Assembly: GCA_964415125.1 (NCBI GenBank)
Contig: CAYQAD010000042.1
Span: 1 to 12,803 of the forward strand
DNA length: 12,803 nt
Reading direction: 5' to 3'
Origin: an uncultured Phycisphaeraceae bacterium
GTDB lineage: Bacteria > Planctomycetota > Phycisphaerae > Phycisphaerales > UBA1924
Part shown: piece by piece, positions 1 through 7,866 of the stretch
Numbering within the stretch: the first letter of the stretch is position 1
Layout of the letters: every line of letters begins with the position of its first letter
Notes under the pieces: model-generated
What the model saw: only the letters and a program-made list of their open reading frames with translations
Databases searched by the model: none
Told to the model about the DNA's origin: nothing
Position numbers and translations under genes: made by a program

Positions 1-2
1 TC

Positions 3-644
3 GGGCACGAGCTGTGGGACGCGACGGTGCGGTACGCGCCGGACTCGCAGCAGCAGTCCACGCCGCCGCAGACCGGCGAGAGCACGTTCGCGTTCGACAC
101 CGGCGGCGGCACGCAGCACATCACCCAGAGCAAGCAGACCGTCGGCACGTACGCGGCGTCGGGCACCACCGCGCCGGACTTCCAGGGCGCGATCGGCGTC
201 ACGCAGGACGCGGTCGAGGGCGTCGACATCACTGTGCCGATCTACCAGTTCAGCGAGACGCACTACCTGCCCGCCGCGGCGGTCACCAACTCGTACAAGG
301 GCGCGCTCTTCAACCTCACCGGCAAGGTGAACAGCGGCGGGTTCCGCGGGTTCGCAGCGGGCGAGGTGCTGTTCCTTGGGGCGACCGGTGCCCGCCGTGG
401 CACAGGCCCCGACGACGACTGGGAGATCACGTTCCGCTTCGCCGCGAGCCCGAACGTCACCGGGCTCTCGGTTGGCTCGATCAAATCTTCCGGGGGCGGC
501 ATCGCCAAGAAGGGGTGGGAGTACCTCTGGGTCCGCTACGCGGATCAGGAGGACACGAGCGCGAACACGATCGTGAAGCGTCCCGTCGCGGCGTACGTCG
601 AGCGGGTGTACGACCAGGGCAACTTCGGAGGGCTCGGGATATGA
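3..644 (+). CDS. Hypothetical protein, 5'-truncated at the window edge. The frame is open from nt 3; the track's M at 27 is a GTG. It ends at TGA 642-644 and may be the N-terminal part of the downstream PEP-CTERM repeat protein.
   Basis: The reading frame is open from the window start with GC-rich third positions typical of coding sequence here. There are no recognisable catalytic motifs. It is in the same frame as the 735..2615 CDS and is separated from it by a single TGA. Confidence 0.5.
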   Translation, partial: GHELWDATVRYAPDSQQQSTPPQTGESTFAFDTGGGTQHITQSKQTVGTYAASGTTAPDFQGAIGVTQDAVEGVDITVPIYQFSETHYLPAAAVTNSYKGALFNLTGKVNSGGFRGFAAGEVLFLGATGARRGTGPDDDWEITFRFAASPNVTGLSVGSIKSSGGGIAKKGWEYLWVRYADQEDTSANTIVKRPVAAYVERVYDQGNFGGLGI

Positions 645-734
645 GTCGGGGGGCCGGGCTTTCAGGACTTCGGCCTCCCGGGCGGCAACACGCTTCAGAC
701 GAACCTCGAGGTCAAGAACGAGGGTGCGTTCAGG

Positions 735-2615
735 ATGACTTCCGGCATTGTCACCGCAGTGCTCTTTGATAACCGGGTCGGTGGCGAGACTTTCCTATCG
801 GGTGGCGTGGTGCGGCTTGTGTCGACCGACCCCGGCAACAATCGCCCGCGCCTCTTCGACAATCGCGGGCGGCTTGAGATCACGGGTGCACGCGTCGAGG
901 ACGTTGACAGCTTCAAGACATTCGTGGGGAGTAGCACGCTGATCGGCGGCTCAAGCGTCGTTGAGGCTCTGTCTTTCAAGAACGAGGGCGGTGCGGTGCA
1001 GCGGGATGCTGCGCGGCTCTCGGTGCAGGACCTGGACAATCGCGCCACCGGCGACTTCTTGTTCCAGGGTGGTCGGATCGAGTTCGGAGATGTGTTCATC
1101 AATCAGGGTGGTGCGACGTTCGGCATGTCGGGCGGCGTGCTTCAAGGGCCGTCGGCGTCAAGCAGCGGCAGGGGTGATATCGAGAACGAGGGATCGTTCC
1201 AGGTTGCGGGTGGTCTGGTGCAAGCGATCGATGTCTTCAGGAACGGTTCCGGCGGGGTGTTTGACCTCGGTGGCGGCGACTTTCGCGTCGGTGCGATGAG
1301 CAACCGCTGGCAGGCGCAATTCTCCGGTGGTGTGCTCAACGTCCAGACGGACGTCGAGAACTCGGCCAACGCGATGCTGCGCGTGTTGCAGCAGGGGCGG
1401 ATTGCGCGGACGGGCGTGCCCGGGGCGAGTGTGCCGTTTCGCAACGCGGGCGTGATGGAGTTGTTCGGCGGGACGATCGAGGGCTTCAACACCTTCGAGA
1501 CGACATCCAGCGGCACGACAACGATCGGGGTGGCAGGCAGCGGTCGGCCCGCGCTGCTGAGCGTGCTCGACTTCACCACCAACGGCGACACAACGGTCGG
1601 CCCCGGTGGCAGGCTTCGGTCGAATGGTGTCGACGTGGGAGGCGGCGGGAGCCTTGTTGTTGCGGAGGGGGGTGATGTCACGCTCTCGCTGCTCGGCCGG
1701 GGTAATCTGGCCAATCGCGGCTCGATCGTCGTCGATGGCGCGAACGCTCGCCTGCGAGACATCGGGGACTTCGAGACTGTCGCGGGCTCGACGACCACGG
1801 TGGAAGATGGCGGCGTGGTTTCGAGTGTGACGCGGTACTTCAACAGCGGGCTTACGACCGTGGGGGGCGGTGGCCGGATCGCCGCTTCGCTCACCGAGGT
1901 TCGCGGCGGCGGCGAGATTCGCGTCGACGCGGGCGGTGTGCTCGCGAGCGGTGGCGGTGTGGTTGTGGAATCGGGCGCGACGCTGGCACTCGATGGCGGC
2001 GTGGTCGAGGTCGCGGGCGGCTTTGTTGAACTTGCAGGGGAGATGCTCGTCACGGGAGATGCGCGGGTGCTTTCCATCGGCGGGGGCGGCGCGGTGCTGA
2101 CCGGGCCGGGCTCGGACATCGTGGCGGGTAGCGCGGCTTCTCTCGATGCGACGGTGTACGGCGGCGGCAACGTGTTCGGCGTCGACGGGCCGATCGAGCT
2201 TCTCGGGTCGGTGGTGCCCGGCGCGGGTGCGGCCGCGTTGACGGCGGGGCAGATGGACTGGATCGGCGATGTCTCGCTCGGGGACGGGGCGGAGCTTGTG
2301 CTTGAGCTGCTCGCGCTCGACTCGCACGACTCGGTGGAGCTGCAATCCGGAACGGCGACCCTCGGCGGCACGCTCAGGGTGCGGCTAGGCCCGGACTACG
2401 TGCCGGCGGATGGGGACATCTTCGAGATCGTGACGACGCCGGGCGGTGTGATCTCGGGACAGTTCGCCGCGATCGACGCGCCGGCGCTCACGGGCAATCT
2501 GTTCTTTGACGTCGAGTACAGCGACGGGCTCACGACGCTTCGGGTGGTGCCGACGCCGGGGGTGGTGACGCTGATTGGAGTCGCGGGGCTGATCGGGACT
2601 CGTCGGCGGCGATAG
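735..2615 (+). CDS. Gly-rich repeat (beta-helix/adhesin-like) surface protein with a C-terminal PEP-CTERM-type exosortase sorting signal
   Basis: The 626-aa ORF has ~25-40 aa repeats built on N-[EQ]-G ... GG ... motifs. The C-terminus is VVPTPGVVTLIGVAGLIGTRRRR: a PEP-like motif (PTP variant), a hydrophobic helix and an Arg cluster. There is no convincing signal peptide after ATG 735, and the repeat pattern continues upstream of the ATG. Confidence 0.7.
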   Translation: MTSGIVTAVLFDNRVGGETFLSGGVVRLVSTDPGNNRPRLFDNRGRLEITGARVEDVDSFKTFVGSSTLIGGSSVVEALSFKNEGGAVQRDAARLSVQDLDNRATGDFLFQGGRIEFGDVFINQGGATFGMSGGVLQGPSASSSGRGDIENEGSFQVAGGLVQAIDVFRNGSGGVFDLGGGDFRVGAMSNRWQAQFSGGVLNVQTDVENSANAMLRVLQQGRIARTGVPGASVPFRNAGVMELFGGTIEGFNTFETTSSGTTTIGVAGSGRPALLSVLDFTTNGDTTVGPGGRLRSNGVDVGGGGSLVVAEGGDVTLSLLGRGNLANRGSIVVDGANARLRDIGDFETVAGSTTTVEDGGVVSSVTRYFNSGLTTVGGGGRIAASLTEVRGGGEIRVDAGGVLASGGGVVVESGATLALDGGVVEVAGGFVELAGEMLVTGDARVLSIGGGGAVLTGPGSDIVAGSAASLDATVYGGGNVFGVDGPIELLGSVVPGAGAAALTAGQMDWIGDVSLGDGAELVLELLALDSHDSVELQSGTATLGGTLRVRLGPDYVPADGDIFEIVTTPGGVISGQFAAIDAPALTGNLFFDVEYSDGLTTLRVVPTPGVVTLIGVAGLIGTRRRR

Positions 2616-2678
2616 ATCACGATCGGAGGCGCGTGTCGGCGGCGGTCGCGTGTGCGGCTGCCGTCGTACGCTGCGCAT

Positions 2679-2699
2679 GCCCCGCATCCGAGGCGGGGC
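2679..2699. terminator. GC hairpin (gccccgc-atccgag-gcggggc) between convergent genes; possible bidirectional terminator
   Basis: A 7-bp perfect inverted repeat with a 7-nt loop lies in the 99-bp gap between the PEP-CTERM gene stop (2615) and the ABM gene stop (2715). There is no U-tract. Confidence 0.3.
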
Positions 2700-2714
2700 G
2701 GTGCGTCGGGTCGG

Positions 2715-3008
2715 CTACCGCACCTGGGTCATCTCGAAAAGCTCCACAGCCTCGACCGCCCCCTCGGTCGCGGAGCCGAAGGCCGACAGATGCGGCGCGT
2801 CCATGTGTGCTTGCCAAAGCGCACGGCTTTCCCATGTCTCGAAGAACATGAAGTGCTCGGGCGAGTCGTTGTCCTGGTGCAGGTCGTACCGAAGGCACCC
2901 TGCCTCGGCGCGCGTGATCGGCACGAGCTTCTCCAGTTCCTCGCGGACGAGATCCACCGCGTCGGGTTTCGCGCGGATGTGGGCGACAACGGTGAGGTGG
3001 GTGCTCAT
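2715..3008 (-). CDS. Antibiotic-biosynthesis-monooxygenase (ABM) family protein, YgiN-like putative quinol monooxygenase
   Basis: The translation MSTHLTVVAHIRAKPD...EAGCLRYDLHQD...FFETWESRALWQAHMDAPHL matches the ABM/YgiN fold signature (ferredoxin-like, ~97 aa). The start was chosen at the internal ATG (3008) that yields the canonical ~97-aa protein. The track ORF extends to 3107. Confidence 0.7.
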   Translation of the reverse strand: MSTHLTVVAHIRAKPDAVDLVREELEKLVPITRAEAGCLRYDLHQDNDSPEHFMFFETWESRALWQAHMDAPHLSAFGSATEGAVEAVELFEMTQVR

Positions 3009-3097
3009 GGTCGGCATGGTAAACGCTGGTGGCGGCAAGCCACTCGCATCGCAGCTGTGTGGCATAGCTCTTGTCGTCGGCGGGCGTTCTGCCGCAA

Positions 3098-3107
3098 TTG
3101 GCGCCAA
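3098..3107. promoter_or_regulatory. Perfect 10-bp palindrome TTGGCGCCAA in the divergent ABM/peptidase intergenic region
   Basis: Seen directly in the sequence. It lies about 90 bp upstream of the ABM start and 170 bp upstream of the peptidase start, so it is a candidate operator. Confidence 0.2.
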
Positions 3108-3276
3108 GGCCGTCCATATTGGTGGAGCTCAGCGTTGAAGGACTGGCGGCTCGCGAGGCGAATGCGAAGACATGCTTTCTGCGGCATGGCATTCGACGCA
3201 TACTGTTCTGCTCGGGCCGGGGAAGACCGCCCGAACGCCAATCGACCACCAAAGCCTCCAAGGAGTCACGAGTACA

Positions 3277-5231
3277 TGCAGCACCATCTCACGATCGCGA
3301 CCAGCCTTGTTCTCGCGGCCTTCGGCGGCACGGCATCGTCGGCTCTTGCTTCGGACTCGGCCTCGGCGTTGACCACGCCCGAGCCCTCGGCGCGGGCCGC
3401 GCAGACGCCCGGTGCGCTCGTGTCTCCGATCGCCGATGCGCTCGCGTCCGTGCCCGATGACGTTCGCGCCTTTGACATGCACATCTCGACGCTGGCGAAC
3501 CCATTCATGCAGGGCCGAACGCCCGGCACGCCGGGTTCGGAGTTTGCCAAGGCGTACCTCGAGTTTTACTTCCGTGAGGCGGGGCTGGTGAAGCCGTTTG
3601 CGGAGGAGACGTCGAGCGGGCGTGCAGTCGCGGGCGAGATGTCGTACCGGCAGCCCTTCGAGATCTCGGGTCGCGCGGAGGTCGTCGCGCAAGCAATGAC
3701 CGCGTTCGAGGCCGACGGCCAGCGCATCGGCCGGCTGCAGCCCGGCGAGGACTTCAACGCCACCGGCTTGGGGCTCGGCGGTGCGGCGCAGGGCCAGGCC
3801 GTGTTCGTCGGGTACTCCACCGTCAATGGCGAGTACGACGCGTACGCGCCGGCCGAGGACCTCGATCTGACCGGCAAGGTCGCGCTGATGCTCCGATTCG
3901 AGCCCATGAACGACCAGGGCATGAGCCGATTCACGGGCGGGCAGTGGTCGGCGGCGGCGGGCTTTAATGGCAAGCTCCGCGCGGTCGCCGAGCGCAATCC
4001 CGCAGCGGTGGTCATCATCAACCCGCCGAACACGGCCGACCCGCGCGCCACGCGCCTGATGCCGAGCGGCGGCGGGGGTCGGCCGATCCTCGACGTGCCC
4101 GTCCTGCACATGTCCGCCGCGGCCGGGCAGCGGCTGATCGCGGGTCTCGATGCGCAGGGACGATCGCTGGCGACCTTCCAGCAACTCGCCGACACGCAGC
4201 CGACGATCGTGGAACTCGACGGCACCGTGCAGCTCTACGCCGACATCGAGCGCACATCGCTCAAGCCGGAGAACGTCGCGGGGCTCCTGCCCGGCAAGGG
4301 TGACCTCGCCGACGAGTACGTCGTGATCGGCGGCCACTTCGATCACACGGGCAACGGCGGCTTCGGCGCGCCCACGTCGATCTCGCAGGTGCACGAGGGC
4401 GCCGACGACAACGCGTCGGGCACCGCGGGCGTCCTAATCCTGGCCGACCGTCTCGCCCGGACCTACGCGGAGCTCCCCGAGGGCGCGAGCGCCCGATCGA
4501 TTCTGTTCATCGGTTTCGATGCGGAGGAGTCCGGGTTGAACGGCGCGTACCACTACGTCGCCAACCCGGTCGCGCCGATCGAGGACCATGTGCTCATGCT
4601 GAACCTCGACATGATCGGCCGCGTCGTCAATGGCGGGCTCTCGCTGCAGGGCGCGACGTCCGCCGTCGGCTTTGAGGATTGGCTGCAGCCGTACATGGAC
4701 GCTTCGCCGCTGAACTTTGCCGTGTCGCAGACCGTCGGCCGCCGGTCCGACCACGCGCCGTTCTACTTCGAGGGCAACGTGCCCGTGCTCTTCGGGATCA
4801 TAAACCCGCTGCACAACGACTACCACACCGACCGCGACGAGGCATGGAAGATCAACCGCGTCGGCAGCGTGCAGGTCATCGACTTCTTCGAGAACATCGC
4901 CACGGCGATCGCGCTCCAGCCTGAGCGGCTGCAGTACGCGGCACCCACCGCGCAGACCGCCGCCCCGCGCACACGCGTGGTCGTCGGCGTCCAGCCGCGC
5001 GACGTCCCGGAGGGCGGCGTGCTGCTCGCGAACGTCTCACCGAACACCTCGGCGTCCGCCGGCGGGCTCGTCGACGGAGACCGGATCATCGAGTGGGGCG
5101 GCAAGGAGGTCACCAACGTGACGGCGTGGGTCCAGATGCTCGCCCAGCACGAGCCCGACGACCTGGTCGACGTCGCGGTGATGCGCGACGGCAACCGCTT
5201 CGAGACAACGCTCACGCTCCGGCCGCGATAA
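3277..5231 (+). CDS. Secreted M28-family Zn aminopeptidase with PA (protease-associated) domain and C-terminal PDZ domain
   Basis: AGGAG lies 9 nt upstream of ATG 3277. The N-terminal signal peptide is MQHHLTIATSLVLAAFGGTASSALA. M28 metal-ligand motifs are present: GGHFDH, GADDNASG, GFDAEESGLNGAYHY, NLDMIG, DYHTDRDE. The C-terminus is PDZ-like (GVLLANVSP...GDRIIEWGG...). The track ORF (2652..) is an upstream frame extension without a start signal. Confidence 0.85.
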
Positions 5232-5282
5232 GAACACGTCCAGCCCGATCGAGGAACGCCCCGACCGGCGGCTGCGCACCAC

Positions 5283-6302
5283 CTAGGTTCGCACGGAGAC
5301 GGTCACCCGCCGACGCTCATCCTCCTCGCGATGGAGCTTGACGGGCAGGAACGTCTCGATGACCGCGGCATTGGTCACCGAATGGCCCGTGAGGCTCCCC
5401 GTGCGGTAGGCCCCGCCCCCCGCGATCGCGAGGGGCAGCATGAGCTGGTCGGCCAGGTGCTTCCACACGGGCACGTCGGCGCTCAGGTACCGCCGAACGC
5501 TCGACGCGGCCCCGCGGGCGACCTTCTCGGCGGACACGCCGCGCTCGCCGAAGCCCGTGAACACCTCCGTGATGTCCTCGCGCGCAACCTCAATGCTGAC
5601 GATATTCCCCGGGCCGACGCCGTCGTCGAGTTGCTCGAGCGCAACCTCTTCCTCGGCCCAGCCGAGCTTCTCGCGCAGCACGTGCGCCTCGCGCTTCGCG
5701 ATCGAGCCTGGCAGGCCGGCGACCGTTGCGATCGCGCGTCTCCTCGTCACGGGCGTCGTATCAATGAGTTCCAGCGGGCGCAGTCGTGGCACCGGGGTAA
5801 TATCCACACGGATCCTGCCGCCGCCCGCCGGATAAAAACCGTGTCGCTCGAGCTGCAAGTCGACGGCGGGGCCCATCCGGTTGATGAGCGGCAGGAATGC
5901 GCTCTTAAGGAAGTGCACGCTCGGCGCATGCATGTTGTGCGTGCCGCCGGACAGCGTGATGGTGGAGGGCTCGCTCGCGGTGAGCAGCGCGGGCAGGACG
6001 GTCTGCAGCACCAGCGTGGTGCTCCCCGCCGTGCCGATCGAGAAGTCGTACGAGCCGCCCTTGATATCGCCGGGCGTGAACTCGATCGCTGTCGAGCCGA
6101 GCTCGGCGCCCGCGACCTCTCCACCGCACGCTGCGCGTGCCGCTTCGACCGAGGTGAGGTGCTGCCGCATGAGCCCGGGCTTGGCCCGGCCTGCCCGGAT
6201 GTTCTCGATCCGGAAGGGCTGGCCCGTGACCATGGAGAGCGCGAGCGACGTGCGCAGCACCTGCCCGCCGCCCTCGCCCTGTGCGCCATCGACACGGATC
6301 AT
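5283..6302 (-). CDS. rtcA: RNA 3'-terminal phosphate cyclase RtcA
   Basis: The translation aligns along its length with E. coli RtcA (DGAQGEGGGQ(V/I)LR...IRAGRAKPGL(M/L)RQHLT...LVLQTVLPAL...HGFYPAGGG...YLADQL(M/V)LP(L/M)A(I/L)AG). ATG 6302 overlaps the upstream gene's TGA (ATGA). An alternative GTG start lies at 6308. Confidence 0.9.
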   Translation of the reverse strand: MIRVDGAQGEGGGQVLRTSLALSMVTGQPFRIENIRAGRAKPGLMRQHLTSVEAARAACGGEVAGAELGSTAIEFTPGDIKGGSYDFSIGTAGSTTLVLQTVLPALLTASEPSTITLSGGTHNMHAPSVHFLKSAFLPLINRMGPAVDLQLERHGFYPAGGGRIRVDITPVPRLRPLELIDTTPVTRRRAIATVAGLPGSIAKREAHVLREKLGWAEEEVALEQLDDGVGPGNIVSIEVAREDITEVFTGFGERGVSAEKVARGAASSVRRYLSADVPVWKHLADQLMLPLAIAGGGAYRTGSLTGHSVTNAAVIETFLPVKLHREEDERRRVTVSVRT

Positions 6303-7561
6303 CGCCACACTCCTGCCCGTCGCCGGCGCTTTGGTGCGCGCGGCGCCGCCTCACTCGCAGCGCCACCGCTCGCAGCGGGGCGGCGCCAGTCCTCGCGCAT
6401 GATCCTGTTGATGAGCACGGCGGATGTGGCGTGCTCTCCCGCCATTACCTCGCGCACGATCTCGTGGCGGCTGCGCACGTGGGGGAACAGGCGATCGACG
6501 TAGTCCATCGCCACGTCCGACTGCAGCAACGGCACCTCGATCTTGATGTCGGCTCGGCCCGGCCGGATCAGCGCCGGGTCGAGGCGTTCGATGTGGTTGG
6601 TAGACATGATCAGGATCCGCCCGTTCTGCGGCGCGATGACACCGTCGATGCAGTTTAAGAAGCCGGAGAACGTGATGCCGTCGGCGTCCTCGCTCGAACG
6701 TTGGTGGAAGGCGCAGTCAACATCTTCGATGAGCACGATCGAGCCCTCACGCACACCCTCGAACGCGGTGAAGAGGTCCTCGTCCGATCGCATGTCCGCC
6801 AGCGGGATCACCGCGAGGCGGCGCTTGAGCTCGGAGGCGAGCGCGTGCGAGATGGAAGTCTTGCCCGTGCCGGGGTTGCCGTGCAGCAGAATGCCGAGGC
6901 GCCAGGGGATGCCCAGCCGCTCGTAGTCGTCGCGGCTCTCGGTGAACTCCCGCACGCGTGCTGCGAAGTCCTCGAAGAAGCGTGGCGGCAAACACAGCGT
7001 TCGCGGCTCGCGCAGCGGCAGCGTGATCGTGGAGCTTGCGCCGTACTTGCCGCACAGGTCGACCCGCTGGCGGTCTTCCATGACGTTCGCCCGCTGCTTG
7101 GTTGCGCTGAGCATGCGCGCAAGATCCGCCGGCGTGGCGAAGAGCACCTCCACGCGGATGATGAACCGGCGGACGAGATCCGCGCTTCCGCCCCCGGCCG
7201 CCTCCTCGCGGCGGATCGACACGCGGCACCATTTGCCGTGGACGCGTGCCCAGAAGCTGTCCGAACCGGCGGCGAAGGCCGACGCGGCAGCGCGTTCCTC
7301 GTAGTCGTCGGTCGTGCTGCGCACCTCGAGCGTTCGCGGGCCTCCGGGTCGGCGCGCGTGCTCGGTCAGCAGGCCGAGCCACGCGTCGTAGAGCGGGTGC
7401 TTCTCCCGGATCTCGATGACGCGCGTGAAGATGCCCCGCGCCAAGGAGAAGACGCGGTCGGGCAGCGCGCGGAGCTGATAGCCGATCCAGCCGGCGATCA
7501 TGAGCGTGAGTCCGCCTTGCACGACGGGCGATTCTTTGATGATGTTCTGTATCCAGTCCAT
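6299..7561 (-). CDS. BCS1-like AAA+ ATPase (BCS1_N-like N-terminal region with a hydrophobic segment, plus AAA domain)
   Basis: Walker A GILLHGNPGTGKTS, Walker B IVLIEDVDCAF, the BCS1-typical ITFSGFLNCIDGV, and sensor/Arg-finger RILIMSTNHIERLDPALIRPGRAD are present. The N-terminus MDWIQNII...GGLTLMIAGWIGY and the ...HGKWCRVSIRREE segment resemble the Bcs1 N-domain. Its stop overlaps the rtcA start. Confidence 0.85.
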   Translation of the reverse strand: MDWIQNIIKESPVVQGGLTLMIAGWIGYQLRALPDRVFSLARGIFTRVIEIREKHPLYDAWLGLLTEHARRPGGPRTLEVRSTTDDYEERAAASAFAAGSDSFWARVHGKWCRVSIRREEAAGGGSADLVRRFIIRVEVLFATPADLARMLSATKQRANVMEDRQRVDLCGKYGASSTITLPLREPRTLCLPPRFFEDFAARVREFTESRDDYERLGIPWRLGILLHGNPGTGKTSISHALASELKRRLAVIPLADMRSDEDLFTAFEGVREGSIVLIEDVDCAFHQRSSEDADGITFSGFLNCIDGVIAPQNGRILIMSTNHIERLDPALIRPGRADIKIEVPLLQSDVAMDYVDRLFPHVRSRHEIVREVMAGEHATSAVLINRIMREDWRRPAASGGAASEAAPRAPKRRRRAGVWR

Positions 7562-7623
7562 GATGCTTCAAGGTCAGTGCGCGCAGCGACAGCGCCGCCG
7601 CGAGGTCGTCAGCATGATGCCGC

Positions 7624-7643
7624 GTTCCGCAAATGGGCGGAAC
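7624..7643. other. Inverted repeat gttccgc-aaatgg-gcggaac (7-bp stem) in the rtcB-AAA intergenic gap
   Basis: A perfect 7-bp stem with a 6-nt loop lies 63 nt upstream of the AAA start codon. It could be an RNA hairpin in the inter-cistronic transcript or a protein-binding site. Confidence 0.25.
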
Positions 7644-7791
7644 CGGACGAACGGCGCACCATCTCGACGATGGCGGCCTCACGAGGTTGTCATGTGGGGG
7701 GTGGCCCCACCGGCGTCGCCGGCGGAGCGGCGACAGGTTACGTTGAAGCTTGGTTTCCGTGCAGCAATGGGCACCTCCTGTCGGGGACGCA

Positions 7792-7819
7792 AGTATCGGC
7801 GCCTCCGATTCCATGTCAA
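7792..7819 (-). promoter_or_regulatory. Candidate sigma70-like promoter (minus strand: TTGACA, 16-17 nt spacer, GATACT) in the rtcB-AAA gap
   Basis: It sits in a locally AT-rich patch just downstream of the rtcB stop and would read toward the AAA-rtcA genes. This is sequence similarity only, and the promoter rules of this lineage are unknown. Confidence 0.2.
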
Positions 7820-7866
7820 GCGCAATTCAGAAAGTCATAGAAACTCTTCGCGCGGCGTGTGCATGC

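Noticed and set aside
1142-2371. Long minus-strand ORFs (409 and 395 aa) antisense to the PEP-CTERM gene
   Set aside because: The products are low-complexity Pro/Ser/Thr/Arg-rich. Such ORFs are typical high-GC antisense artefacts, and the plus-strand gene has the coherent repeat and sorting-signal architecture.
2652-3276. Upstream 208-aa extension of the peptidase ORF (the track starts at 2652)
   Set aside because: It has no RBS or signal peptide, and it overlaps the ABM gene antisense. A clean AGGAG-ATG start with a signal peptide occurs at 3277.
3129-4394. 421-aa and 219-aa minus-strand ORFs antisense to the peptidase
   Set aside because: They are Arg-rich low-complexity translations with no motifs. 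The plus strand carries an unambiguous M28 signature.
5331-6503. 390-aa plus-strand ORF overlapping rtcA and the AAA gene
   Set aside because: It is antisense to two genes with strong family signatures, and its composition is artefactual (R/G/A-rich).
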